A stretch of 62,924 nucleotides of DNA, the filler included, from Rhabdomonas costata (Eukaryota): NCBI GenBank assembly GCA_019059605.1. It is 17 parts of 17 records of this genome, joined end to end, with 100 filler letters (N's around TTAATTAATTAA, not from the genome) between each part and the next. Parts side by side here need not be neighbours in the genome. Positions count along the whole stretch, not along the records: positions 44,495 to 48,097 come from JAHMHO010000679.1; positions 48,198 to 51,800 come from JAHMHO010000680.1; positions 51,901 to 55,501 come from JAHMHO010000681.1; positions 55,602 to 59,202 come from JAHMHO010000682.1; 13 more parts are not named here. One strand, written 5' to 3'. Of the stretch, positions 44,981-58,940 are shown in pieces (the first letter of the stretch is position 1; every line of letters begins with the position of its first letter). Below the pieces are notes generated by a model, which was given only the letters and a program-made list of their open reading frames with translations, had not been told where the DNA came from and made no database searches. The position numbers and the translations under genes are program-made.

Positions 44981-47248
44981 AGAATGAAAAGGAGAAACTT
45001 AGTGTGTAGGTTTCGTGGTAGGGGAATGCGGCTTCGCAGAAAGGTGGGTGCGTTTTCCTTCCCCAACACCGATTCTAGAGATCCCCCCCCCCGATTCCTT
45101 CTCGCTGCTTCCATTCCATATGCCAGCCGCGTTATGGGATTCAATGTCAACACATCAAGCACATTTGCAGTTGCACAGGGTGGCTAAGTGTGGTTAAGCC
45201 GCTTGTTCCGCCATAACTGGAGCTCAATTAAGCTGAGCGGAGCCTGAAAACTTACTGAAGCAAAGTTGGGATTCTGGAATCTCGGCACCATTCCCGGTCC
45301 TTCGCGTGCTGCATAAGCTCTGGAATGGTCACGTGAACGAAGAACACCCCTAAGTTCTCGGGAAGTAGGGTGCGCAACCTCCGGAGATGCAACTCAACCC
45401 AAACCCACACCCACCCACTCAACCCACACTGCACCAGGACTACACACGCAATAACCTCTGAGAGAAGTGAAGAAACCCCACAAAAAACATTGTGCACCTC
45501 TCCGTGGAACAACAGAAGTGCTCAAGCACACATATACGCACTGCCGCAAAAGGACCCTCTTTCTATTCTTTCCATGGTGTCCACAGTGCATCACCACCAC
45601 CGCCCCCCCTCCCTCTATTTTTCTTTTTGCACAACACTCCTCCCAAAAACACTACAAGCGTGAAAATAGCCTCCTCCCAGATAAAAGGTTATCCAGTTGC
45701 AGATTGCTGACATCACATCGCCTCCTGTCCTGCAAAGGCGTCCCTGGAAGAGGTGCCTTGCGGGATAAGGACAAAAACGTCAGCGGGTGACAGGGAAACA
45801 TCCACACTCGCTCATCTGCTATCATTTCAAATCGCACTAATCCACCGCTTCCCACAGGCCTTCGATCACTCACGGTAGTAGTGACGGGCTTCGGGAATAG
45901 GCGCAGGCCCACAAGGCAAGCGCCGCACTGCAACGAAAAAGCCGGCTGACAACACGAGCATGCACACACAGCTAACCGCAAACTGGAGATGAGGTACGAA
46001 GTGGGATATGTGCAAGAGAGGGCAGATGTGCACATGTGCAGGAACGAGAAGAAACCATGGTGACATGCGGAATAGCCCACGGCACGAGATGTTGCATGTC
46101 TTCCCTAAGGGAAAGACCTGAACGCACAAAGGATGACCGATGCAAAAATCGCGCCTTGTCCGCAAGGTCAGGAGGGAGGATGGTGCAGGACTCTCTGGCA
46201 ACGAGCACCATACCATAGCAGAGAAAGCAGCAAAAAGAAACTTGTCATGTCTGTCAGGTGCAAAGGTTCCGCGTGGCCTCTGAGGGGGGGAGGAGGAGGA
46301 CAGGGGCTCAGAATGCAATTTAGAACAAAAGGGGACAAGGGCAGAAACACAAACCCGGGATGCATCTAAATACACGGTGGTTAAATGGGACCTGCACTTG
46401 CACTGTGCTATTCCTCGCGTCCATTGGACAGAGAAAAAGGAGGTTTGGCGCAAGGGCCGGACAGGCGGGTGGGTGGTATGTGCCATATGAAAAAGGACAG
46501 TAAAGTACAACATCCATTGATCAGAAAACCTGCTCTTAGAAGAAGGAGAAGAAGACTTCATCAAAGGGATGGAGAGGACGGATTCGATGTGTGCAGCGAT
46601 TCAGATGAAAGAGTCACTGAACCAGGGGTGCACAAATGACGGCGACTACTAACAAGCGCCAACAGAAGAACCGCAAACAAAAAAGATGCCAAAAAATGAA
46701 TCCGGGGCGCATGAACAAAGGGAACAAACTGCGGCAACGGAAATGCTGCGGCAGCGGACAAGGTAAAAAAGGAAAGATGCACAGATTTGCACACGACCCA
46801 CACATATTGGGGAGAGGGGGATTCACGATGAAGGCTCCGAGCACACTGAGGTGGTGGTGGTGGTGGTTGGAAAAGGCTCGAAGGGACCCTTCAGTTGCAA
46901 AAGAAAATAATTGTGGTGGCTGGTGAGGACAAGAGGAGGGCAAAGGAGAAAGGATGACGAAGGGCGAAAGAAAAAATGACCTGAACGTACCCACCAGAAG
47001 GTTCTCAAGTAAAGCGATAGTGGGGCAGCAAAGAAAAGCATGGTGTGTGTTAGTCTTAGTGTATGTGCGGGGGTGGAGGGTGGTAAAGAAAAAGAGATGA
47101 ATGAGTCCATAAATGGAAGGCTTTCAGAGGGGAGATAAAGAGAGAATTGGCCTCCGGAGAAGGGGCAACGCAGGGAAATGACGAAGGGAAGGAGACAGGG
47201 AAAGGGCAGACCACCGCCCCATCATCTCCTATCCCAATACTCCGCCTT

Positions 47249-48097
47249 TCACTGCCCAGGGGACGGGGAAATCTGGGCCGCAGCTGGGAGGGCAGACAGA
47301 GACAGCATTGCGGTTTCCATTAGCTGCTCACGGGTCACGGGCTTGCACAGGAAGGAGTCCGCGCCAGCCTGCCAAAGAGTCACGAGGACGTGTGTTGGGG
47401 AAATGGTTCTTTGGAGTCGTGCAACCTCTGCTGAAAACCTGTCAATAGGTCTGCGTGCGCCAAGTCACGGGGCTGCGACATTCTCCGGCCATGCACGCAA
47501 AACGCACGCAGAGCAAGGCTGAAATGTCCACTGCAACTGCCTATCACGGAAAAAATAAACGCCAACGCTAAGGGGAGCTCCGCGTCCCGTTGACCGACTG
47601 CCGTTTAGGGACACTTGGTGAACTTGGGCTGCTTGAGAGGACAGCGAGATGTGCCGCACGATCGTTTCCAGCTGGCCAGAGCTCAGATGCCAGACCGGGT
47701 GCTCGTTCGTAGGCGACAACGGGAACTACGGGAAACACAAACTTCCACTTCCCACAGCAATCCACAGTGTGGAATCGCGTCTCAAGTGTCCCCGTGCGAG
47801 TCCTGAGGAAACGCTTGAGCAAGCGACTTCAGCGAGGCACACCCAATTGCAGAAAAATTGGGTAACGGTAGAAACCTGCAAGCAGCTGTAGCTAACTTCC
47901 TTCCCGGACTCCCCGCTCAGCACAGTGATTATCGGTACACGCGAAGGAGGGGCATTTCCGTCAGAACTACAGCTGTAGTCCTCTTTCTGAGCTGGCACGG
48001 GAAGGGGTGCCAGTGGCGATGAAGCCGAAGGCCCCTCGGACCGGATCTTCGCCGCCAGCTGCAGCCCGTCCATCGGCCCACTGAGGTTGAGGTCGGT
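47249..48097 (-). CDS. C-terminal response-regulator receiver (REC) domain, probably of a hybrid histidine kinase
   Basis: Exon 48097-47876 (TDLNLSGPMDGLQLAAKIR..VPIITVLSGE..CLQ) joins exon 47368-47249 (AGADSFLCKPVTREQL..stop). The phosphoacceptor Asp, the Ser and the KP motif are present. Confidence 0.88.
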
Positions 48098-48286
48098 NNN
48101 NNNNNNNNNNNNNNNNNNNNNNNNNNNNNNNNNNNNNNNNNTTAATTAATTAANNNNNNNNNNNNNNNNNNNNNNNNNNNNNNNNNNNNNNNNNNNNGTT
48201 GGGTGTTTTCACGAACACTCCTGTGCTCGTATTGTTCTTTGCAGAATTTCATCTCATTGCGCCTTTTTCTCTTTTCTTGTTGTTTC

Positions 48287-51200
48287 ATGACCGAAATGCC
48301 AGGTATTCCCACGGAGGTCAAAGTCCAGCCACGGGTGCAGTCGCACTTGGACGACCCAACCGACGATGGTGGTCCGAAGGAGGAAGAGGAGGCATTTTTC
48401 CTGACGAAGTACATTTATTCCTGGATCACACCATTGTTTTCGCGCGGATGGGAGCGAGATAAGCAGAAACAAATCATGGTGGAAGCAGATCTTCTTCACC
48501 TTCCCCACGACGAGAGCGGTATTAAAGCCTACGAAAAGTTCACACGTCTTTGGGACGCCGAGCTTCAGCGTGTCCAAAGGGCGCGGATGGCCGCCGGGTC
48601 TCCAGAGAAAGCAGCGCGCATTAAACCTTCTATCGTCGGTGTTCTTTTGAAGTCCTACCCGGCCGACATGTTCATCTCTGCCGTCTGTCGCATCGTCAGC
48701 GATGGGTTGGGTGTCGCCGCTCCCTTTTTTCTGCAGCAGATTGTGACGTGGATGGGCGACTTTGTCTTTGCACGGCCGCGCACGGACACCTACGTGGGCT
48801 TCATTTGGGCAGTAGTTCTTGCGCTGAATCAACTGATCATCTCGTTCACCAACAATGCGTCGATGTTTCATGTCCAAAAGGCTTTTTGCAACATGAGAGC
48901 AGCACTGGTCATGGCTGTGTACGACAAGTCTACCCGGCTGGATGCCTCGCATGGAATTACAGGACTGGTGCAGCAGATGCACGGATCTGACACATACAAG
49001 TTCATCGATATGAGCTTGTATTTCAATCAGCTGTGGGCAGCTCCCTTCATCATCATTGCAGCATTGATTTCGCTGTACTTCTTCATCGGCTGGGCTGGCG
49101 TTTTGGCATTTGGAGTGATTATGCTTTTGACCCCAATCACGGGAAAGGTTGCCGGAATCATGACGAAGGCCCGCTCCGCATGTGTGGGCCGCGCCGACCG
49201 CCGCATCAACGCGATCAACGAGATTATGCAGGGCATCCGCATCGTGAAGTTCATGGGATGGGAGGAGCGCTTCTTTGACAGGGTTCAGAAAATTCGAGAC
49301 GAGGAAGTGGAACTCTTCCTCACGCTGTTTGTTTCGCGCTCTGTCATGGTGATTGTGATTTCCTTCCTGCCGATGCTGGTGTCCTTCTTTGTATTTGCTG
49401 TCGCCTATAAAGGCTTTGACTTCGACATCACACCCACCTCCGTGTTTCCTGCCATGGCGATGTTGAACGTGCTTCGGATGCCTCTGGCCATGGTGCCTCT
49501 CGGCATCGGAAAGCTCGTCGACATGCTGGTGAGCTTGGATCGCATCTCCCAGTTTCTCCAAAGGGACGACCGAACCGTGGTTGCTCGTACCACCGCGGAC
49601 GTGGGAAGCCACGATGCGGTCGTGATTCGCAATTGTACCGTTCAGTACAGCGTTGAGGATGTTGAGAAGACCGCGGAAACTCGGCCGCAGCGTGGGGACG
49701 CGGCTTTGCAGACGATCCGACCCAAGTGCCACCGTGTTGATCTCATGAAGGACATCAATTTAGTTATTCCTCGGGGTATGCTGACGCTCATGGTTGGTTC
49801 CACTGGAAGTGGAAAATCCATGATTATGAACACCATGATTGGTGAAACGCTGGTGTCCCCGAGCAGTGAGATTGTCTGCAACGGGAAAGTCTCTTTCATA
49901 ACTCAGGAAGCATGGATTATGAATGCAACGTTGCGTGACAACATCCTCACGGGGCTTCCATTTGATCACAACAAATATCTTGATGCCCTCAACGACTGTC
50001 AGCTCATTTCTGACTTGGAGCAGCTGCCAGCTTCTGACATGACTGAAATCGGTGAACGGGGTGTGAACGTATCTGGCGGACAGAAGCAGCGCATTGCTTT
50101 CGCCCGGGCTGTGTATAGCGACCGCGACATTGTGCTCATGGACGATCCCCTCAGCGCCGTTGACTCCCATGTGTGCGTGGCCCTGTTTGAAGACTGCATA
50201 TGCAAGGCCCTGGCAGGACGCACGCGCGTGCTGGTGACCCATCAGGTTCAATTCCTCCCCAGAGCGGATTGGGTCATCGTCGTTGATCACTGTCGTGTCA
50301 TTTTTCAGGGAACGTACGAGCAGCTCCAGACGTCTTCTGTTGACATCACCTCGATGATGGACGTCGCGAGGCCGGAGCCGAATGCAAATGAGAAAAAGCA
50401 GGACGTGGATTTCGGGCAAAGCTTTTTTGCACCCACCGAACCCAACCAGTCAGCGATGTCACTTCAGGCTCCTGAGCGAGAGCACCAGCGTGCTCGGGCA
50501 ACTGCAATTCCGCCCCCCCACCACGAAGAGAGCAAGGGCCTGATGACGGAGGAGCATCAAGTTCAGGGTGTCATCGGGACTGACACTTTGGGGTGGTACT
50601 TTCTGATTCAAGGCCCCTTTAAAGTGTTCATTGCGTTCTTCTTTTTTGTGGTGTGGCGCGGTGTCAGTGTTGTGGCCGACTTGATGGTGTCGTGGTGGTC
50701 TGCCCGTACCTCAGTGATTGGGCGGAAACTCACCCAGGACGATTATCTGCTTTGGTACGGTATCTTCATGGCATTGACACTGGCCTGCCTGCTTATTCGT
50801 CAGGTGCCCTTCGTGATGAGCATGCTGGATGCGGCCCGCGTCTCCAATTCCCATATGGTTCGTTCCCTGCTTCATGCACCGATCTCATTTTTCGATACCA
50901 CCCCGACGGGCCGGGTCATCTCTCGGTTCAGCAAGGACATGGAGCAGATGGATGTGATGATCCCTGAAACCTTGAATTTCTTCTACAACCTTGTGCTCGT
51001 GTTTTTTGGGGCATACGCAGTCATGATCTATTCGGCCTACTACCTTTCCGTGACACTTGTGGTTGTGGCTGTGGTGTTTAGCTTCCTGTATTCGTTCTAC
51101 ACAAAGACCAATCGTGCACAGAAGCGCCTGGAGGCCACCAATCGCAGTCCAATGGCTTCCGTTCTTAACGAAACTCTTGGTGGTCTTCCGACCATACGCG

Positions 51201-51739
51201 CCTACGATGCCGTCCCAGCCTTCTACCGAAAGCACAGCAGCAAGATGGGGCTGAGCCTGCGCTCGGTGTACAGCTGGCGCAACTCACAGCGGTGGCTATC
51301 CGTCCGTGTTGATGCAATCAGTGCCTTTGTTATCATTGCGATGACCTTGATTGCATGCGGGCTGCTCATCTCCTATAACCGGTCCGATCAAATCACCATT
51401 CTTCCTGTGATGTCGCTGGCAGTGACGTATGCCTTGTCAATCGGCAGTGCCTTCGGATTTCTGACAACGATGACGGCCGACCTGGAATCCGCCATGAGCT
51501 CAGTTGAGCGGGTCAAGGAGTACTGCCACGATTTACCCCAGGAGCGCACCGTTGAGTACGGCACCGGTCCAGGTCAGGTAGCAGCGCCCCCTTCAAAGTG
51601 GCCTGAGCAAGGTGGTCTGGAGTTCCGCAATGTTTCTCTGCGATATCGCCCTGGCTTGCCGCTTGTGCTGAAGAATATCAGCATCACCATCAGCCCCGGA
51701 CACAAAGTTGGCATTGTGGGACGAACGGGTTCCGGCAAG
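48287..51739 (+). CDS. ABCC/MRP-family ABC transporter (short form without TMD0), first exon of ~1150 codons
   Basis: TMD1, then NBD1 with GSTGSGKS, EIGERGVNVSGGQKQR and LMDDPLSAVD, then TMD2 with FFDTTPTGRVISRFSKD. NBD2 Walker A GRTGSGK is followed by a GT donor at 51740. Confidence 0.95.
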
Positions 51740-53196
51740 GTCAGTGCAGTGCTCGTTATATTTCATTCGATGAAGTATTTCTCGTCCGCCACAACACCAC
51801 NNNNNNNNNNNNNNNNNNNNNNNNNNNNNNNNNNNNNNNNNNNNTTAATTAATTAANNNNNNNNNNNNNNNNNNNNNNNNNNNNNNNNNNNNNNNNNNNN
51901 AAATTGATTGATTTGCTATCTGAACCCACCTACTTGCATGAGATCAATTCTCTAATATTGAGCAAACGCCGCACAGCAAGCATCTGAAAGGTATCTAATG
52001 ACCGTTTCCAATAAATCCGCTAACGGAAAAATTATCGCTCACATTATGTTTTTCTGGAAGTTTAAGCTTTGAAATCCATTTGCACCGTGTCAAGTTGATC
52101 ATGCACCTCAAAAAACATTTTAAAACATTTTTATCATCGAAATGGCGTCGCAAGGCGGCAACAATTTACCACAGGTCCTGCGTGCGGCAGTGATATGCAT
52201 ATTTTGCCCAACCTACATTTTAATGTGATGGAAATTAGGTTCAACCAACACCACGCCATGCGCGGTATGGTTCTTATTGCCGATATGTTTTATTGGTCAA
52301 TTTAGGTTAATGATTCAAAACACATAAATCGCGTTAATTAAAATCGTTAAAATCGTTCACCCAAAAAAAAGAACCGGCGGAACCGATCAATTACGAGCGT
52401 TTACTACCGGGATAAGGTGTATATTGCTAATGCGCGCTGGTATATAAACCAAAAAACCAAGTAATAAGGACCACCCAAATCATGTTGGCGTAACAGTGAC
52501 AGCGTTCCGGGGTTCGCAACTCGGCGATTGCCTCACCCAAGCCATCCAGAGAAGGTTTAAGGGCCGCGGCCGCGAGCAAATTTTCAACCTTGCACGCAGG
52601 TTGTTGGGTGTTTTTTTTTCACTTGGATTATCTTTTCCGCAGCGGCATGGAATGCATATATTCCTAGTCTGCGGAATATTCGGTATTGGGGGCGTTTGGC
52701 ACCACCCCAATCGCTATTTTTGCCACGGCCCTTTCCAACCCTTTCCACACTTAAAGTGAGGCAGGCAAATCCAGAAAAATAGGAGTGCAACCAACAAAAA
52801 ACCGAGAGCAGGCAACCAGCAACCATTTGCCACACGGTCGCACAGCACCGTCCGTCCACTTGCGGCGCTCAGAAGCTTGGTTGGATGCAAGGGCCTGAAG
52901 CAGGGGCGGGGCACCCGGTTCGGTGTCTTAAACCCGTGCGGGAAGACCCAAAACAGCCTTCGGCTGCCGGCACAAAATATAATTGAAATAAAGAAGCAAA
53001 TCGTCGATCCTTCGGTATGCTGCTTCATTCATCCATTTGTCTTTTGCCTCTGTTCCAGTGAGCGCTGAGCCGCCCCCAAAAACGGTGGAACACTTAACAC
53101 GGGTCAAACACAACCCGTCCATCGAATCGTGGCAATGAAGAGTAGGTTTGCCCCGGAGTGGGGGAAAAGGGGTCCCGGGAAGGTTACAGGAACGTT

Positions 53197-55391
53197 TCAG
53201 CCCTTGTCCAGGCTTTGCTTCACAGCTTCAGCCACTTCGCGGATCGGGGAGACGATCCGCTCCGTGACCGTGTCTGCGGAGTTCGTTACGATCTTCAGGA
53301 TATCCGCGGTCATGTCGCGGTTCCCCATTATGTCAACGTGATCCCCAGTCTTGTCACCTTAATCCCGCAAAACAAAACATCCATACTTGGGTTGACTGAG
53401 CGGTACTCAACTGCAAGGCACCCTTAGTTGACTCAACGCTCTCACCACTACAGCCATCATCACAACCTATCATCTCTTGGATAGCGTCGGTTTGGTCTAT
53501 AATTGAACCTTCTCTCAGCTCTGCCATGAATGGGATTCTCCTGTCATTAACGCTGCCACGCACAGGAGCTCCGGGGTTGGTTGGAGGGATTCGGGGGTGG
53601 TTGAGGTCCAGTTTCTTAATGACAGAGGGTTCCATTGAACTTCGCATACTTCGCATTAAACAGAACTTTGAACTTTGAATTTTGGGAGATAGAGCAATTT
53701 AAAGAAAAACTGTGTAATTTTCGATGTTTTCCATGCGGTCAAGGCTTTGAACGTTGAATTGAACATTGAGTAGTCCTCATTGAACTCTGTATTCGGTGCA
53801 ACAATGAGTGACTTCAGGGTGCGTACGCACGGGGCATGTAGAGAGACCTCCTCGTGGGTGAGAGAAGATGTTCGGCACTTGGTGGAGGTACTCGCGGGTG
53901 ACCACCGGAGCCCCGCTGGGGTTGTGAGCGGAACCCGCGCGCCAGCCTTCGACGCACATGTAGCCCAGGCTCACCAGAGGAACCGTCCCTGCGTTACCGA
54001 AAGGTTGCACGGCAGACAAGATGAAACCACCGCCTAATTTCTGGTGTTCATCTCTGCACTTTCATTCCCCAACGCTCAGTGCTTTGTGGTACCCTTCTCT
54101 TTCGACAATATGCAAACATACATCCCGGGAGAACAATCCAAACTGGGGGGCTACAACCACAACTGATCTGAATTACTCTGGCTTACTGACACCCGACACC
54201 GACGCCCGGACACCAACTCTGATCCTTCCATTACGAATTACCTCGTAAAAAAGGTTGGTAGCCCCTGAAAGGATTCTGAGCCAATTAAGCACGCTTTCTC
54301 AATCCTTTCCGCTCTTGCATGCTCGCTGCTCACAACCACCACTGAACCACATGGCTCGACGCGCGGGTGGGCATTGAGTGCCCCAGGAACAAACAAATAT
54401 TCCACTTTTTGAATTTCTCAACACCCCCCAGAGGTGGGAAATGGGTCATCTCATGCCCAATTTCATCCCATGTTGCAGGGCGATCATGCCTTTCGCAGAT
54501 CCCGGATCAACCACCTGGTGTCAATGAGAGACCCTCAAACATTGCTATTAACGGAAGGGGGCCCATGCCATCGCCGGTGCTCATCCTCACCCCGGTCACC
54601 ACCGGGGGGCGCTCGCGGGTGACCCCCTTGTCAATGACAAACCCGGGGTCCCCCCCCGCGGCGGCGGGTGAGGTGGTGTAATAGTAGGCCCTCTCCGTGG
54701 GCTTGCCCACTCCATACATGCAGTACACAGTCATGTTGGAGGACCGCGGCAGGCGGCTGGTGAGGGGGTTGGTCCACAGCCGCGGGTGGTCGGACTCATC
54801 CACCACACCCGGAGCTATCCCCCAACCACCCGCCCACACACCAAACACTACTTAACACAACGTCACCCACACCACACAACACAGGGAATGGGCTTCAAGA
54901 GAAGATGCACAGTATGATACTCACAATATTTTTCTTCAAAAACGTCTGCTTTCCCGCGCCTCTGCTCGCGCACATGCACGGTGTACAGTGTACAGTGCCA
55001 ACGTGGTCACGCTTTGCGCAGGCATGCAATGGGTGGGAGGGAGTTTGTGCATTGCCATACACAGCAGGCAAGGCAAAGAATATATTGGTTGCGATTCATG
55101 TGTTACCGAAAATCATCAGATAGGAAGTAATTACGTTTGAAAAAGTGGAAACCGGACGGCGCGGGGGGAGTTCGGAAAACAAGCAACACTGAGCTGCCAA
55201 TTCTACCTTTCTGTTTTCTAACTCCTTTTCCGCTTTTCTATGGAGCAGTGGTGTCTAAGAACAGTTCCCTCTTATGTCGTCGACCTTCCACCGGCCATAG
55301 AGGGCATACTCGTGTCCAGGCTAAACCACTTTTCCAAGCCCTCCCCAAAGGAGTCGGAAAAGTTCCTCGCCAGGTACTCCACCGCATCCTC
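53197..55391 (-). CDS. PDAT: Phospholipid:diacylglycerol acyltransferase (PDAT/LRO1, LCAT family), C-terminal exons
   Basis: Exons: 55391-~55311, ~54813-54569 (WTNPLTSRLP..VYCMYGVGKPTERAYYY..GD), 53988-~53848 (GTVPLVSLGYMC..W..NPSG..TREYLH), 53357-53197 (GDHVDIMGN..DILKI..IVSPI..stop). The catalytic Asp and His motifs are present. Confidence 0.93.
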
Positions 55392-56519
55392 CTATGCGGG
55401 CACACAAGCATTCACAAAAAATGTGATACATGTCTATGGCGTAGCTCAAAGTACATCGAGATTGCCGACTGCTGAAAGGATGAGTAAAATGAAACAGAAG
55501 ANNNNNNNNNNNNNNNNNNNNNNNNNNNNNNNNNNNNNNNNNNNNTTAATTAATTAANNNNNNNNNNNNNNNNNNNNNNNNNNNNNNNNNNNNNNNNNNN
55601 NGTTGTGTGGTAGGGTGAATCCAGGCATATGTGGTGTGTGGTTGTGAGAGCGCTGCGCGTTGCCACTTCTGCGTGCAGTGCTGCGGGGCTGTCGCCTCAC
55701 CCGCTTAGTGTATGCTCCAGTGTTGGAGGCTGTGCGCGTGTGTGCCATTATATTGGATCGCTTTGGTGGTCACGACTACTGGCGCGGGAACTTGTGCATC
55801 GGTCATAGTTCCCTCCAGGATTTGAAAGCCCCGCTGGTGACGCAGCGCATGGATGTGCCCAGTGTGTAGGCGTGGGTGCGCTCAAGGCTGGAGGGTCCCA
55901 TGTTTGGAGTGATGCGCAGAGGCAACTGGGAGCGTCGTGGACCACTACAGTCTCCAGCGGATTGGCATGGGAGATGAAGCGGTTGGTGTAACTGCGTGGT
56001 GTCTCGTGGGGCCATAGGTTCAGGTGGAATGATAAATGACCCAGGCATATATTTAGAAGTAGAACCAAGGCAATAAAGTCAGCGTAACAGCCCACAACAT
56101 CGGTTATGAACAAACGCGGATAATCTGGTAAAAGTTTAAAAAGCGACAACAGGAGAGAGATAGAGAAGGAAGAAGACCACTATCACGTTAGTCAGGAAAC
56201 TAATGTGGAAAGGACGAAAAAGTGAGGGGACACGGCAGACAAAGTAAGTGAAGATGGAACAGTAAATAGGCAAGGAGCGTAGTGCTAAAGTAATTAAATA
56301 CATTGGGGTTCGTGTTTTCCGGATAGGGATGTGCAGGACATTGGTGTGGTCCACCATTGTATTCCGAAACGTGAGGAACAGAACACAGACGGGTTGCAGT
56401 CAGTCTCCATTGGTGCATCAGGTTTTGTCGCACTATCTGGAATTGTGACATGCAGGAGTCATTTGTTTGTGTGGTGCGGTCAGAAATGGTATTTTCAGCG
56501 CACAAGATCTTTTGTCACC

Positions 56520-58300
56520 ACCGGTTGTTTTGCAAAAAAGTGAGAAGCACACCTGCCGTATACCGGTCGTCGATGTATCTGGAGACGGCATCCGACCTTC
56601 CATGGCCTAGCTTGTAGGCATGATTCTTTTCCACTGGGTAAACAGTCAGCCAAGGTGGCTCTGCTGACATACGCATTGGCATTCCAATGATTTGGCGGCG
56701 TATAAGACCTCCGTTATACGCGTAGTTGTTGGTCACCAGAAACGCGAGAAGGTCTCCAACACTCTCCTATGTGAAACCAATCCCAGAGAAATCCCAGAGA
56801 AAACCGCACGCGCTCAACCGGAGCTGATGAGGCGGTTCACCTTCCACTTTCAGGGGATGGTTCACGGCCTGATTGTGCTCACATGCTTCCCGAATGTATT
56901 CCTTGACGTTGCTGATCATCGCTGTGAAAGAAAAGGATGTTTACATGGTGCAGAAGGCCGCTTTCTTCTGCCAATTCTCGAGGACTTTATCCTTTGAGGT
57001 TCTCACTATTCGCGTCAACGCTCCGACACTGTCTATTCACAACAACTCTTTGATAACCTTATTTCCTTGGCGCTGCATGTTCTTTTCCTTGATGATTTTC
57101 TCAACTGTATGCAACAAAACAAGGGTTTGTTGGGCTTCAAATAGCGTTTTCCGGTGTGGGCCATGGCTGAGCTCTTTGCCTGTCTGGGCTGGTTTTGATC
57201 TGGTTCCAGCAATAAATAGGATTTTTGTCGGCTTCCAAGTGCCGAGTTGCACACAACAACATCCCCAGTGCGGAATCCCAGTTTGAGTTGAAGTCGATTG
57301 CCTTTCACTCCAAGTCCTCCAGTGTTATTGTTTCGCATGAATCGACCTTGTTGTCCAAGATACCTGGCCATTTTTGTTGGTACCAGCGCTTTCAGAGTAC
57401 CACGATGCCATGGAGAGCCCTTTCATCAACCAAAAAACCAAATGCTCATCCGCTTCCAGAATTGCAGCCCCTAGGACTGGGAAACATTGCGGCTCAGGGC
57501 GGTGATTGCCATCTTGCACATTTCTGGCCCAGTTTTTTTTGCAAGCTGCGTATACCGAATCTTCCCAGTTCTCGATATTTGCGAAGAAAGAGTACAGGGT
57601 GATCTTCATGTCAGAGAAAAATTGTTCTATGTTGCCCTGAATGTGGAACTTGACGCCCGTCTCTGCTATTGTCAGGTGATAAGGTCACTTGAGGTTTATT
57701 TGCGTCAATGGTGTTGAAGTGGACGAACTCATTTAGTCAGTACGCCTCTGGCTTGAACAAGCAGCTGCTGCACTTGCAATCTTCGGAATCATACTTCAGA
57801 TATTTGGAAATGTACAGTTTCTTGGCAGCCTTGGCATAATTTATGAGGATGTCCTGCCACTCCGGCAGCACTGACCTCATGTTTTGGGTGTTTTATGTAA
57901 ACTTCCTTGTCGCGCACCGAGATCAGATTTGCCTTCCTTTCCATGGCTGGCACGTTATCTTGAATCCATTTAAGCGTCTCTCACAGCTAGTATTGGTTCC
58001 AGGACATAAGCTCCTTCATAGCAGCTGCAACCTCCGACTTCAGCCGGTTGATCCAGGATTGGACTTTGTTGCCAACTTTGTCATATTTATCTGGTACCAG
58101 ATCCTTCCAGTATCTCTTGTTGCCGCGCCACATTCGCATCACACAAGCCCAGAATGGTCTCCAGGGACCGCCGAATTCAAGCCGTGTAGCCACAGCGTGT
58201 TGAATGGGCCAAACAAGTATTTATCTCGTGGATCTGCGTAAATAGTGCTTAAAGGCTTTCTTTTTGGCTTCCCACGTTTCCCACTGGTACAGGGTCCAAT
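56520..58300 (-). mobile_element. Degenerate Penelope-like retroelement, Naiad/Chlamys-type RT region
   Basis: Broken-frame motifs, 5' to 3': NY..DCKC..H.NT.D..GVKF (~57845-57640), HLVF.VD(E)RA..IVVL*KRWY (~57450-57380), PTKILFIAG, AFCTM*TS, NNYAYNGGLIRRQIIGMPM, RYIDD (56580-56566). Many stops and frameshifts; boundaries are approximate. Confidence 0.75.
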
Positions 58301-58914
58301 CGATCTTTACAGCGTAGGATAAAGTGGGGGTTGTATTGGCCAGCGCTTTGTCTTCCTCCACGGATCGGTTGGGCTTTGAGGATGATTTGCTTTGTCTTGC
58401 TTTACTTTGTGTATGACGTCCGATCCCAAGACAATTGCGTTCTTGAGAGAATGACCTGTGGTCATGGATTGGAAATCCACGTCTTGATACTCGACGATAC
58501 CTGTGCACACTTCTGAACGCTGGCTGCCACTCACGACAAGGACCGTGGGTAAAATCAATCTCAGCTTGTCCCAGATGGCGTCTTCTTCCTTGGAAAGTGC
58601 CAGAGCTCACCAGTAAAGTTACGGTGTGTGTTTTGAGAGGTTGTGATGCTGCTGCTTCTGCACGTGGAGGTGTTGGCCTTTGGCGCCGGATGGCCCAGAC
58701 ACATCGCAGTTCCTCATCTTTCAATGGCTCGGTTGTGGCATGGCTGCCGCTGTCCTATTCACTCAGCTTCCTAAAGTGCACATGCCCCTTCAACTCACTC
58801 CTCATGGAAGAGGAGCTCCACCGACAACAACAAAACCTGTTCCGAACTGACCTCATCCACCATTACCGCGCGCAATTCTCCCGCACCAACAAGGTCAAAT
58901 CCAAAACCTCGAAT

Positions 58915-58940
58915 CTGAAACCTGGAATTCCAGGTTTCAG
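58915..58940. repeat. Perfect 26-bp palindrome CTGAAACCTGGAATTCCAGGTTTCAG
   Basis: Read directly from the sequence. Confidence 0.9.

Noticed and set aside
11562-48097. Treating the PAS kinase and the REC domain, or any cross-contig neighbours, as a gene cluster
   Set aside because: They are on separate contigs of near-identical length joined by linkers, with no evidence of physical linkage.
48254-49732. 492-aa antisense ORF (and similar shadow ORFs over the AAA ATPase)
   Set aside because: It is the opposite-strand shadow of GC3-rich coding sequence and has no motifs of its own.
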